Origin: an uncultured Chloroflexia bacterium
GTDB taxonomy: Bacteria; Chloroflexota; Limnocylindria; Limnocylindrales; CSP1-4
Length of the DNA stretch: 64,000 bases
Assembly: GCA_963734535.1 (NCBI GenBank)
Contig: CAVTHS010000006.1
Span: 128,001-192,000, forward strand
Direction: 5' to 3'
The position numbers and the translations under genes were made by a program. Shown here one piece after another: positions 55,546 to 64,000 of this stretch (within the stretch, counting starts at the first letter, position 1; the number at the start of each line of letters is the position of its first letter). The notes beneath the pieces are model-generated. The model made no database searches, was not told the origin of the DNA, and was given only the letters and a program-made list of their open reading frames with translations.

Positions 55546-55695
55546 GCTGGGGGTCACCGGCGCGCCCGTCCGGATACTCGAGCCACTGCCCAGACGGCCT
55601 TCGGCGCCTGACAGCCGCGCCTCGCGACGCGGATGCCTCACGATCCGCGCCGGGGCCCGCCGAACCCGCGCGGGAGCGTCTGGCAGAATCGCGCA

Positions 55696-58426
55696 ATGGC
55701 CGGTCGTGACTTGCCCGCGCGGATGGCGGCGACGTTGACGCTGCCCGTCTTCGAGCGGCTCGCTCCGCCGCACGCGAACGCGGCGCTCCACGCCGTGATC
55801 GAGGCGAGAAGCGAGCCGGATGACGTCGTGGTCGACCTCGCCGGGCGGGGCGGCTGGGTAGCCCGGTCCGCGCTCGTGCTGGGGCGCCGCGCGCTCTCGA
55901 TCGAGACCTCACCCCTGACCCGGCTCCTCGCGGATGTCGTGGTGCGGCCCCCGGACCTCCGGCACCTCGACGCGGCATTCCAGGGGGTCGGGTCGGCGCC
56001 GCTCGGGACGACCAGCCTGCGCGCCTGGATCAACGAGCGCTTCGCAACAGCCTGCCCGACGTGCGGCCGGACGCTCGCCGCCGAGGAGATCGTCTGGGAG
56101 CCGCCGGCCGGCGGTGGGAGCCCGGTTCCCGTCCGGCGTGCCTTTCGCTGCGCCGCCTGCCTGGATCGCCGCGGACGGGGCAACGAGCTGCGCCACGCGC
56201 CTCCCGAACCCGACGACATCAACCTGGCCGGCGCGTTCAGCCTCGATCCGGCCGTGCGCGACGAGCTCCGGCGGCGCTTTCCCGTCCGCGGCACCGGGGC
56301 GGAGTCGCTGCCCGACGCGATCCTGGACCTCCACTCCGGGCGACAGCTCGGGGGCCTCCACGCGATCCTCGCTCGAATCGACGGCGACCTCCGCGCCTCC
56401 CAGGTGACGTCCGCGCTGCGGCTCGCCTTCCTCCACGCGATCTTCCCGGCGTCGCGCCTCAACGCGTATCCCGGCCGGGCGAGCTCGATCCGGATCACCG
56501 GCGGACGCCTGCGGCGCGCCCGGCTCGCCGGGCTGGCGCGAGCGCAACCCGTGGCTCGCCTTCGAGGAGGGGTATGCCTTCGTCCGGGGCTTCGTGCAGG
56601 CGCTCGACAACGGCCCGCTGGCGGCCGTGCAGGCGCGCCTCGTGGATCGCCTCGACGGACTCGTCGAGGGCGCACCGATGATCTCGCTCCGGGTGGAGGC
56701 CCCGCAGGCGCTCGCGCGGCTGGCGGCAGAGGGCGCCGCCCTGGACCCGGACGAGCGAGCCCGCGTACGGCTCGTCGTGGGGCAGTCGCCGCTGGAGTGG
56801 ACCCCGCCGCGTCTGTCCGAGGCCTATGCGCTCACCGGCTGGTCCCTGGGCAGCGAGGCGGCACGGCTCCTGCCCCTCGACCCGCTCTTCGATGCCGACG
56901 TCCGGCCACCCGCCCGGATCGAGCTGCTCCGCGCGGGCCTGGAGGCCGTCGCCCCGGCGCTCGCCGCCGACGGGCGGGCCGTCATCCTGCTGGAGCCCGA
57001 CGGTCCTCCCGGCCTCGCCGGCGCCGCGCTCGCGGCCGCCTCCGCGGGCTGGCGCGTGGTCGACGCGCGACTCGCCGAGCCCGGCGCCCGGACCGGCGGA
57101 AGCATCGAGCTTGTCGCCCCCACCGGCCGGCTGGCCGCGGGCCCGCGGACGCGCGCGAACCGGGCGCTGCCGCCATCGCCCGGCGGCGGGGGCGACCCGC
57201 GCTCGATCGCCGGCAGGGGCGTGTTCGGCGCGCCGGAGGCGATCGACGGCCGGTTCTCTCCCGCCGAGGCGGCCCGCGCGGTGACCGAGGCGGCGGTCGC
57301 GGTCCTCCAGGCGCGCGGTGAGCCCGCCGAGCGCGATCGGCTCCTGGGGCCGGTGATGGTCGCCCTCGACCAGTGCGGCCAGCTTCGACGGTTCGCGACC
57401 GCGAGCGGTTCGAACCGGGCGCCGGGCTTCGGAGTGGGGACCGCATCGGCCGCGGGCTCCGAGCCGTCGGACGCGGCCCAGGGCCCTGCGCCGTCGAGCA
57501 CCCCACCCCGCGAATCGTCGCCACGCTTCGTCGCGGGGCCGGCCGCGGTTCGCGCCCTGCTCGAGCTGGTGGACGGGGAGCTGCAGCGTCCCGACCACCG
57601 GCGCCTCGCGCCGTCGGACGAAGGTCGCTTCTGGCTGGCCGACCCGCGCGACGAGGCCGCCGCCGCCGCCCCGCTCGCCGATCGCCTGGAATGGGCCCTC
57701 TTCAGCCTCCTCGGCACCGAGGCCGCGGCGTCCGAGGCGGCGCTCCGCGAGGGGATCGGGACCATGTTCGCCGGGCCCGACGCGCCGGACCCATGGCTGG
57801 TCGACGCGTGCCTGAAGAGCTACGCGAAGCCGGGCATCGGCCGGCCAGGGCTGGCCGAGGTCGACCAGCTCCAGCGCCGGACGGAGGAGCACACGGCGAC
57901 GATCGGGCTCCTCGCCGACCTGGGCCATCGGCTGGGACTCCACATCTCGATCGCGCCCCGGGAGCAGGGCCGTCGCGCCGCCGGCCATCCACTGTCCGCT
58001 CATCTGGCGCCCGACGAGCGCGGCCCGGGCCTGGCCTTCCTGGGCCGTGCGGGCGCCGATGCCGTCCAGCAGGTGGACTGCCTGTGGTACGCACGTCCCC
58101 GGTTCGCCTTCCTGTTCGAGGTGGAGTGGACGGCGATGCTCGGCGAACCGGTCCTCCGCCGCGGCCGGCTGATCGCGCCCGACGATCGGATCGTCCGGTT
58201 CCTGGTCACCGTGCCCGAGCGAACGGAGCTCCTGCGCGCGAAGCTGCGCCACGCCCCGGTCCTCCGACGTGCCATGGACGAGGGCAACTGGCACATCCTC
58301 CGGCTGGACGCGCTGCGGCGCTTCGCAGCCCTTCCGACGCCTTCCCTGGAGGATCTCCAGCCGTACCTGGGGCTGGACCCGGCAGCCGATGGCCCCGGCG
58401 ACCAGCTGCCGCTCTTCGAGGGCTGA
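55696..58426 (+). CDS. Degenerate DNA-methyltransferase-like protein with Zn ribbon and C-terminal restriction-endonuclease-like domain; apparent frameshift near 56520
   Basis: DVVVDLAGRGG (motif-I-like), CPTC/CAAC, no DPPY/NPPY seen, C-terminal VDCLWY..FLFEVEWT. Confidence 0.6.
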
Positions 58427-58466
58427 CCGCTCGCGGTCACACGCGCTTCGACCCGGTCGCGGCGCC

Positions 58467-58565
58467 GGGGCAGCCGGGGCCACGCGCGGACCCGCCGATC
58501 GAGTCCCAGGGGCAGCCGGGGCCACGCGCGGACCCGCCGATCGAGTCCCAGGGGGCAGCCGGGCC
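58467..58565. repeat. 42-bp tandem duplication (two copies plus a partial)
   Basis: GGGGCAGCCGGGGCCACGCGCGGACCCGCCGATCGAGTCCCA twice. Confidence 0.85.
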
Positions 58566-58614
58566 GCCCCGCGATCCGGCGGCTGCCCCTGCCAACGGCT
58601 ACGCTACGAGGTGC

Positions 58615-60264
58615 ATGACCGCCTCCTCCGACCTCGGTGTCCTCGCCGCGCGCACCTGGGAACGCACCCTCGAGCTCAACCCGACGCTCGCCACGATCTA
58701 CGGCGATGAGCGCTACGACGACCGGTTGGACGACCCGGGGCCGGTGGGTCGGGCCGCCCGTCGCGCCCTGGCCGACGAGACGCTCGCCGCGGCCGCCGCC
58801 ATCCCTGCCGCCTCGCTCGACGAGGAGGAGCGCATCACGCGCGATCTGCTTCGGCTCACGGCCGCCACGGAGATCGCGGACGACGAGGCACGGATGGACC
58901 TGGTCGGCGCCGTCCAGCAACATGGCCACCAGTCGCTCCTGCCCGAGCTCGTCCAGTTCCAGAAGGCCGACACGCCGGAACGGCTCGAGCGGCTGGTCGC
59001 CCGCCTGGCGGCCTACCCGGCGATGGCCGACTCGGTCATCGACCTCCTCGACGAGGGAAGGGCGGCCGGCCTGACCGCGGCCCGGGTGGTCGCGGAACGG
59101 ACGCTCGCCCAGCTGGAACGGTTGCTGGGCGCTCCCGCGGCGGCCTCGCCGATCGTCACGATCCCGGACGTCGCGCGGGATGAGGACCGCGCGCGGATCC
59201 TCGACGCCGTCGAGCGGCACGTCCGGCCGGCCGACGCGCGCTACCTCGAGGCGCTCCGCGCCTACCTCCCGGCCACGCGCGAGGTTCCCGGGCTGTGCTC
59301 CACGCCGGGCGGCGACGAGCGCTACGCGGCGCGCATCCGTGCCTACACGAGCCTGGATATCTCCGCCGAGGAGCTCCACCGGATCGGGCTCGAGGAGCTC
59401 GAGACGATCGAGGCGGCGCGGCGGGTCATCGCCGGTGCTGCCGGCTTCGGCGACGACACGACGGCATACCGGGCCGCCCTCAACGCGGATCCCGCCGAGA
59501 TCCCGGCCACGCCCGCGGCGCTCGTCGCGCGCTGCTCGGAGGACGTCCAGCGGGCCTTCGATGTTGCGCCTGCCTGGTTCTCCCGGACCCCGAAGGCCGG
59601 CTGCGAGGTCCGCGCGGTCGATCCGCTGCTGGAGAAGGACGCCGCCGGCGCCTACTACTACGCGCCAACGGTGGACGGCTCCCGGAACGGGATCTACTTC
59701 GTCAACACCTACGACCTGCCCAGCCGGACCTACTGGACGGCCGCGTCCACCACCTATCACGAGGCGGTGCCGGGCCACCACTTCCAGCTGGCGCTCGAGA
59801 TGGAGCTTGAGGGCCTGCCGCTCTTCCGAACCCTCGGCTTCTGGCCGCAGGGGACCGCGTTCGTCGAGGGCTGGGCGTTGTACGCGGAGCTCGTGGCCGA
59901 TGAGGCCGGCCTCTTCCGGAACGAGGGCGAGCGCTTCGGGATGCTGGACGGCCAGGCGCTTCGCGCGGTCCGCCTCGTCGTCGACACGGGCCTCCATGCC
60001 TTCGGCTGGACCCGCGAGAGGGCGTTCCAGGCGATGGTCGCCGCCGGCATCCACCCGACCGACGCCTCGAGCGAGACGGATCGCTACATCGCCTGGCCGG
60101 GCCAGGCCCTGGCCTACCTCATGGGCCGGCGCGAGATCCAGCGCCTGCGCCGCGAGCGGGAACGCCGGGAGGGCTCCGCCTTCGACATCCGGCGGTTCCA
60201 CGAGGACGTGCTGCGGCACGGCAAGCTGCCACTCGCCATCCTCGCCGAGGTCGTCCTCGGCTGA
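58615..60264 (+). CDS. DUF885 family protein (putative metallopeptidase)
   Basis: YHEAVPGHHFQ, AFVEGWALYAE, RLVVDTGLH, RY..WPGQALAY. Confidence 0.92.
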   Translation: MTASSDLGVLAARTWERTLELNPTLATIYGDERYDDRLDDPGPVGRAARRALADETLAAAAAIPAASLDEEERITRDLLRLTAATEIADDEARMDLVGAVQQHGHQSLLPELVQFQKADTPERLERLVARLAAYPAMADSVIDLLDEGRAAGLTAARVVAERTLAQLERLLGAPAAASPIVTIPDVARDEDRARILDAVERHVRPADARYLEALRAYLPATREVPGLCSTPGGDERYAARIRAYTSLDISAEELHRIGLEELETIEAARRVIAGAAGFGDDTTAYRAALNADPAEIPATPAALVARCSEDVQRAFDVAPAWFSRTPKAGCEVRAVDPLLEKDAAGAYYYAPTVDGSRNGIYFVNTYDLPSRTYWTAASTTYHEAVPGHHFQLALEMELEGLPLFRTLGFWPQGTAFVEGWALYAELVADEAGLFRNEGERFGMLDGQALRAVRLVVDTGLHAFGWTRERAFQAMVAAGIHPTDASSETDRYIAWPGQALAYLMGRREIQRLRRERERREGSAFDIRRFHEDVLRHGKLPLAILAEVVLG

Positions 60265-60299
60265 TCCATCCGGCTGGTCGCACCAGGAGATCGATTCGC

Positions 60300-61985
60300 A
60301 TGCCCACGCCCGACACCGCCGTGAACGCGATCGCCGACCGCTTCTGGGAAGGCCTGCTGCGCGAGTCGCCGACGACCGCGACGGTCTACGGGGACGAGCG
60401 CTACGACGAGCTGCTGGACGATCCGGGCCCGGCCGGCCGTGCAGCGGCCCGTGCGCTCCGCGAGCGGACGCTCGCGGAGATCGCTGCGACCCCGAACGAC
60501 GGCCTCCCCGTGGAGGAGCGCATCACCCGCGACATGCTGGAGGTCGTCTGCAGGCTGGGGATCGAGCAGGCAGATGCCCGGATGGACCTGCTTGCCGCGG
60601 TCGACCAGATGGGCGGGCCGCAGACCCTCCTGCCCCAGCTGGTCCAGTTCCAGCGCGCCGACACGCCCGAGCGGCTCGATCGGCTGGTCGCTCGCCTGGA
60701 GGCGTACGGGCCGTTCATGGACGCCTACGTGGCCCTGCTTGCCGAGGGTCGCGCCACGGGGCTTACGGCACCGCGAATCGCGGTGGACCGGACGATCGCG
60801 CAGACGGGGCGCCTCCTCGCGATCCCTGCTGCGGAGTCGCCGATCGTCGCCTCGGCCCAGGTTGCCGACGGCGACGCGCGCGGGCGCGAACGTCTCGCTG
60901 CCGCCGTCGAGACGCACGTCCGGCCCGCCCTTGCACGCTACCTCGAGGCGCTCGGCGGCGACTACCTCGCCGCGGCCCGCGACGACCCCGGCCTGTGGTC
61001 CGCCCCGGATGGCGATTCGCTCTACCGGCTGGCGATGCGGGCGTGGACCACGCTGGACCTCGACCCGGCCGATGTCCACCAGGTCGGCCTCGACGAGCTC
61101 GACGAGATCGATGCCGAGCGCCGGACGATCGCGAGCCGGGCCGGCTTCGGGAGCGACGTCGACGCCTATCGACGCCACCTCCAGGCTGATCCCTCGAACG
61201 TCGCCGCGACCAGCGACGCGCTCGTGGCGCGGGCTCGCGAGGACATCGAGCGGGCGCTCGCCGCGGCGCCGGCATGGTTCGGCCGCCTCCCGGTTGCCGC
61301 CTGCGACGTCCGGCCCGTCGATGCGTTCATGGAGAAGGACGCACCGTTCGCGTACTACTACCCGCCGGCGATCGACGGCTCGCGGCCGGGGATCTACTAC
61401 GTGAACACGTACGACCTCCCGCACCGCTACTTCTCGAGCCTCGGCACGACGACCTACCACGAGGCGGTGCCGGGGCACCACTTCCAGATCGCGCTCGAGA
61501 TGGAGCACCCGGACCTGCCGGCATTCCGCCGCCTCGGCTCGCGGCTCGTTGGCGGGGCGTACGCCGAGGGCTGGGGGCTCTACTCGGAGCGGCTCGCCGA
61601 CGAGATGGGTCTGTTCCGGAACGAAGCCGAGCGCTTCGGGATGCTGACCGCGCAGGCGTGGCGCGCCGCCCGCCTGATCGTGGACACCGGCATCCACGCG
61701 CTGCGCAAGGATCGCGAGTGGGGCGTCCGGACCCTGCTGGATGCCGGCCTGACCGAGACCGACGCCTCGATCGAGACGGACCGCTACATCACCTGGCCCG
61801 GCCAGGCCCTCACCTACAAGGTCGGCCAGCGCGAGATCGAGCGCCTGCGCCGCGAGCTGTCGGCCCGCGACGGGACCGCGTTCGACATCCGCGCCTTCCA
61901 CGACGAGGTCCTCGGACACGGCTCGCTTCCGCTCGCCACGCTCGCCCGCGAGCTGCCCACCTGGCTGGCCGTGCCCGCGAGGTAG
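60300..61985 (+). CDS. DUF885 family protein, tandem paralog
   Basis: YHEAVPGHHFQ, YAEGWGLYSE, RLIVDTGIH, PGQALTYKVG, FDIRAFHD. Confidence 0.93.
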   Translation: MPTPDTAVNAIADRFWEGLLRESPTTATVYGDERYDELLDDPGPAGRAAARALRERTLAEIAATPNDGLPVEERITRDMLEVVCRLGIEQADARMDLLAAVDQMGGPQTLLPQLVQFQRADTPERLDRLVARLEAYGPFMDAYVALLAEGRATGLTAPRIAVDRTIAQTGRLLAIPAAESPIVASAQVADGDARGRERLAAAVETHVRPALARYLEALGGDYLAAARDDPGLWSAPDGDSLYRLAMRAWTTLDLDPADVHQVGLDELDEIDAERRTIASRAGFGSDVDAYRRHLQADPSNVAATSDALVARAREDIERALAAAPAWFGRLPVAACDVRPVDAFMEKDAPFAYYYPPAIDGSRPGIYYVNTYDLPHRYFSSLGTTTYHEAVPGHHFQIALEMEHPDLPAFRRLGSRLVGGAYAEGWGLYSERLADEMGLFRNEAERFGMLTAQAWRAARLIVDTGIHALRKDREWGVRTLLDAGLTETDASIETDRYITWPGQALTYKVGQREIERLRRELSARDGTAFDIRAFHDEVLGHGSLPLATLARELPTWLAVPAR

Positions 61986-62053
61986 GGGAGCGGGCCTGCC
62001 CGGCGGCGGCCCGAACCCGGGCGTTCAGCGGACGTGCGACGCCACGACCTGGC

Positions 62054-62788
62054 TCAGCGGCGGCGGGCGAGCACCCGCCAGCTGATGCCGAACGCGATCG
62101 CGCACCATGCCCCGAGGAGCACGAACGAGCCGGCGGAGACCGGGAACTCGGCCGGCGCGAGCGTCCCGCGCATGACCTCGCCCATCGCCTGGATCGGGAG
62201 GACCCGGTGGATCGCCGCGAGCCAGTCGGGCAGGCGGTCGGCCGGGAACTGGAGGGGGCTGAACATGAACACGAGGACGACCAGCACCTGGCTCATCAGG
62301 TTGGCGATGAGCGGCGGCAGCAGCGAGGCCATCGCGTAGCCCGCGGACGTGGCCGTCAGGACGACGAGGATCACGGCCGGGACCACCCACGGTGAGACCT
62401 CGATGGGGAGGTTGAAGCGCCACGTCGCCACGACGACGCCGAACACGACCCCCGGGAGCACGATCAGGAGCTGGACGGTCAGGTCCGCGAGGAGATAGAC
62501 GACCCGCGGGATCGGCAGCGAGCGCATGTAGTCCAGCGTGCCCTCGGTCCGCGCCTGGGCAACCTGCTGCGGAACCGCGACGAGGCCCATCGTGATGAGC
62601 GTGATCGAGGGTGCCGCGGTCGCGATGAAGAGGATCGTCCGGGCGTCGATCTGGGGGAAGAGGAGCGGGTAGCCGATCACGATCCCCAGCGAGAAGAGGC
62701 CCTGGATGATGACCGCGAAGGGCAGGAAGGTCTTCTGGCGAAGGCCGGTCCAGCGAACCAGCAGGGCGTAGCTACGCAGCGCCGACAT
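62054..62788 (-). CDS. ABC-2 type exporter permease
   Basis: Hydrophobic; EGTLDYMRSLP, FSPLQFP.DRLPDWL. Confidence 0.85.
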   Translation of the reverse strand: MSALRSYALLVRWTGLRQKTFLPFAVIIQGLFSLGIVIGYPLLFPQIDARTILFIATAAPSITLITMGLVAVPQQVAQARTEGTLDYMRSLPIPRVVYLLADLTVQLLIVLPGVVFGVVVATWRFNLPIEVSPWVVPAVILVVLTATSAGYAMASLLPPLIANLMSQVLVVLVFMFSPLQFPADRLPDWLAAIHRVLPIQAMGEVMRGTLAPAEFPVSAGSFVLLGAWCAIAFGISWRVLARRR

Positions 62789-63803
62789 GTGCGGACTCCT
62801 CCGTGTTTCGGCGAGCCTTCGCCGCCCTGTCGGATCCGGCAGCGCCATGACCGCCGTTCCCGTTCTGCAGCGCGTCCGCCCGCCCAACGAGCTCGACGTA
62901 GACGTCCTCGAGGGTCGCGGGAGCGAGCGAGAACTCCTCGACCTCGCCAGCTCGCTTGAGGGCGTCGGCCCAGCCGACGGCCTCTGCCGCGGCGGTGGAC
63001 GGGACCGTGGCGAGGATCCGCTGGCCCGTCGCGACCGTGTGCAGCACGAACGGAGCGGGCGTCGGCGGCTCGGCTCCCGGTTCGAGGACCAGCTCCAGGC
63101 GGAGGTCGTCGGCAACGCGCTCCTTGAGCTGCGCCGGCGACCCCTCCACGATCACGCGGCCGTGGTCGAGGATCGCGAGCCGGTCCACCGACCGCTCCGC
63201 TTCCACGACGTTGTGCGTGACGAGGAGGACGGCGGAGCCCTCGTCGCCGAGGGCCCGCACCTGGGCCCAGAGGAGCCGCCGCCGAACCGGGTCGACATCG
63301 TTGGTCGGCTCGTCGAGGATGACGAGACCGCCCGGGGCCACCGCGGCCATGGCGAACGAGACAAGGCGCTTCACGCCACCCGACAGGCGCCGGCCGTCCT
63401 GGTCCAGCCACTCCCCGATGTCGAGCCCGTCGACCAGCCGGGCGCGGCGGGCCCGCACGTCGACCGCCGAGGAGCCGCGGATCCGGCCCACGAGCTCGAT
63501 CGCCTGCCGCGGCGTGAGGCCGTCGATCGGCAACGTGGCCTGCGGCTGGATGGAGCAGGCACGGCGGGCATAGCCGGGGTCGGCCACGACGTCGCGGCCA
63601 CCGATCAGGATCCGGCCCGCATCGGGCCGCAGGAGCCCGATGACCTGGTTGACGAGCGTCGTCTTCCCCGCGCCGTTGTGGCCGAGGAGCCCGTAGACCT
63701 CACCCGCCTCGACGGAGAGCGAGATCCCGTCGTTCGCGCGGACCCCCTTCCGGTAGGCCTTGGCGAGGCCGTCGATCTCGAGCAGCATGTGCGTCCCTTT
63801 CAT
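62772..63803 (-). CDS. ABC exporter ATP-binding protein (DrrA-like)
   Basis: GHNGAGKT, LSGGVKR, ILDEPT, VTH, TLEDVY. Confidence 0.92.
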   Translation of the reverse strand: MKGTHMLLEIDGLAKAYRKGVRANDGISLSVEAGEVYGLLGHNGAGKTTLVNQVIGLLRPDAGRILIGGRDVVADPGYARRACSIQPQATLPIDGLTPRQAIELVGRIRGSSAVDVRARRARLVDGLDIGEWLDQDGRRLSGGVKRLVSFAMAAVAPGGLVILDEPTNDVDPVRRRLLWAQVRALGDEGSAVLLVTHNVVEAERSVDRLAILDHGRVIVEGSPAQLKERVADDLRLELVLEPGAEPPTPAPFVLHTVATGQRILATVPSTAAAEAVGWADALKRAGEVEEFSLAPATLEDVYVELVGRADALQNGNGGHGAAGSDRAAKARRNTEESAHVGAA

Positions 63804-63831
63804 CGCGTCCCCGCCGGGGTCGTGTGGTTCA

Positions 63832-63903
63832 GGTACCGAACAGTATCACAATACCTACAGGTATTGCAATACCCGAGAGGACCGCGATACCGCGTGGTAT
63901 GAT
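63832..63903. promoter_or_regulatory. Divergent promoter region with putative TetR operator
   Basis: Palindrome CAATACCT-AC-AGGTATTG (63849-63866), related TACC..GGTA sites, TATGAT -10 before tetR. Confidence 0.65.
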
Positions 63904-63910
63904 CGTGGAC

Positions 63911-64000
63911 ATGGACCAGGTGCAGGCACCGGCGCATCGCCTCAGCCGGGACGAACGCCGGAACCAGACGCGCGATCGACTCATCGACGCAGCGGTCGAG
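63911..64000 (+). CDS. TetR/AcrR family regulator (5' partial)
   Basis: MDQVQAPAHRLSRDERRNQTRDRLIDAAVE; divergent from the ABC exporter. Confidence 0.75.
   Translation, partial: MDQVQAPAHRLSRDERRNQTRDRLIDAAVE

Noticed and set aside
57373-60264. 963-aa N-terminally extended DUF885
   Set aside because: The extension overlaps the upstream gene in another frame; the paralog alignment supports a start at 58615

Overview
High-GC bacterial window. Gene content and the many leaderless genes suggest Chloroflexota, possibly Limnocylindria-like; this is inference with no database check. Bases 0.8-34.6 kb hold a large surface-glycan locus: CDP-3,6-dideoxy/branched-sugar genes (rfbF/G/H, a reductase, an SDR and a YerE-like ThDP enzyme), pseudaminic-acid-type genes (pseB/C/G/H/I), a GtrA/GtrB/GT-C modification set, gmd/rmd, several GT4s, a WbdD-like methyltransferase, a WbdA-like multi-domain GT, wzm/wzt, a priming phosphoglycosyltransferase and an O-antigen-ligase-family protein. 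Directly after it lies a cell-surface block (34.8-44.1 kb): a lipoprotein that copies domain 1 of the putative S-layer protein, an ECF sigma/anti-sigma pair, and three secreted Thr/Ser-rich proteins sharing a C-terminal domain. The rest holds two XRE-HTH/PD-(D/E)xK genes with a shared promoter motif and nearby REP-like palindromes, an MgtE-N/NRAMP pair with a long structured leader, a GGDEF protein, PolX-PHP followed by a chain of ATGA-coupled mini-ORFs, a TPR protein with an amplified -35 array, a degenerate DNA-methylase-like gene, two DUF885 paralogs and a TetR/ABC exporter. Many genes, mainly at 5-39 kb, show apparent single-base frameshifts, probably sequencing or assembly indels, so their coordinates are approximate. 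No rRNA, tRNA, CRISPR array or transposase was recognised.
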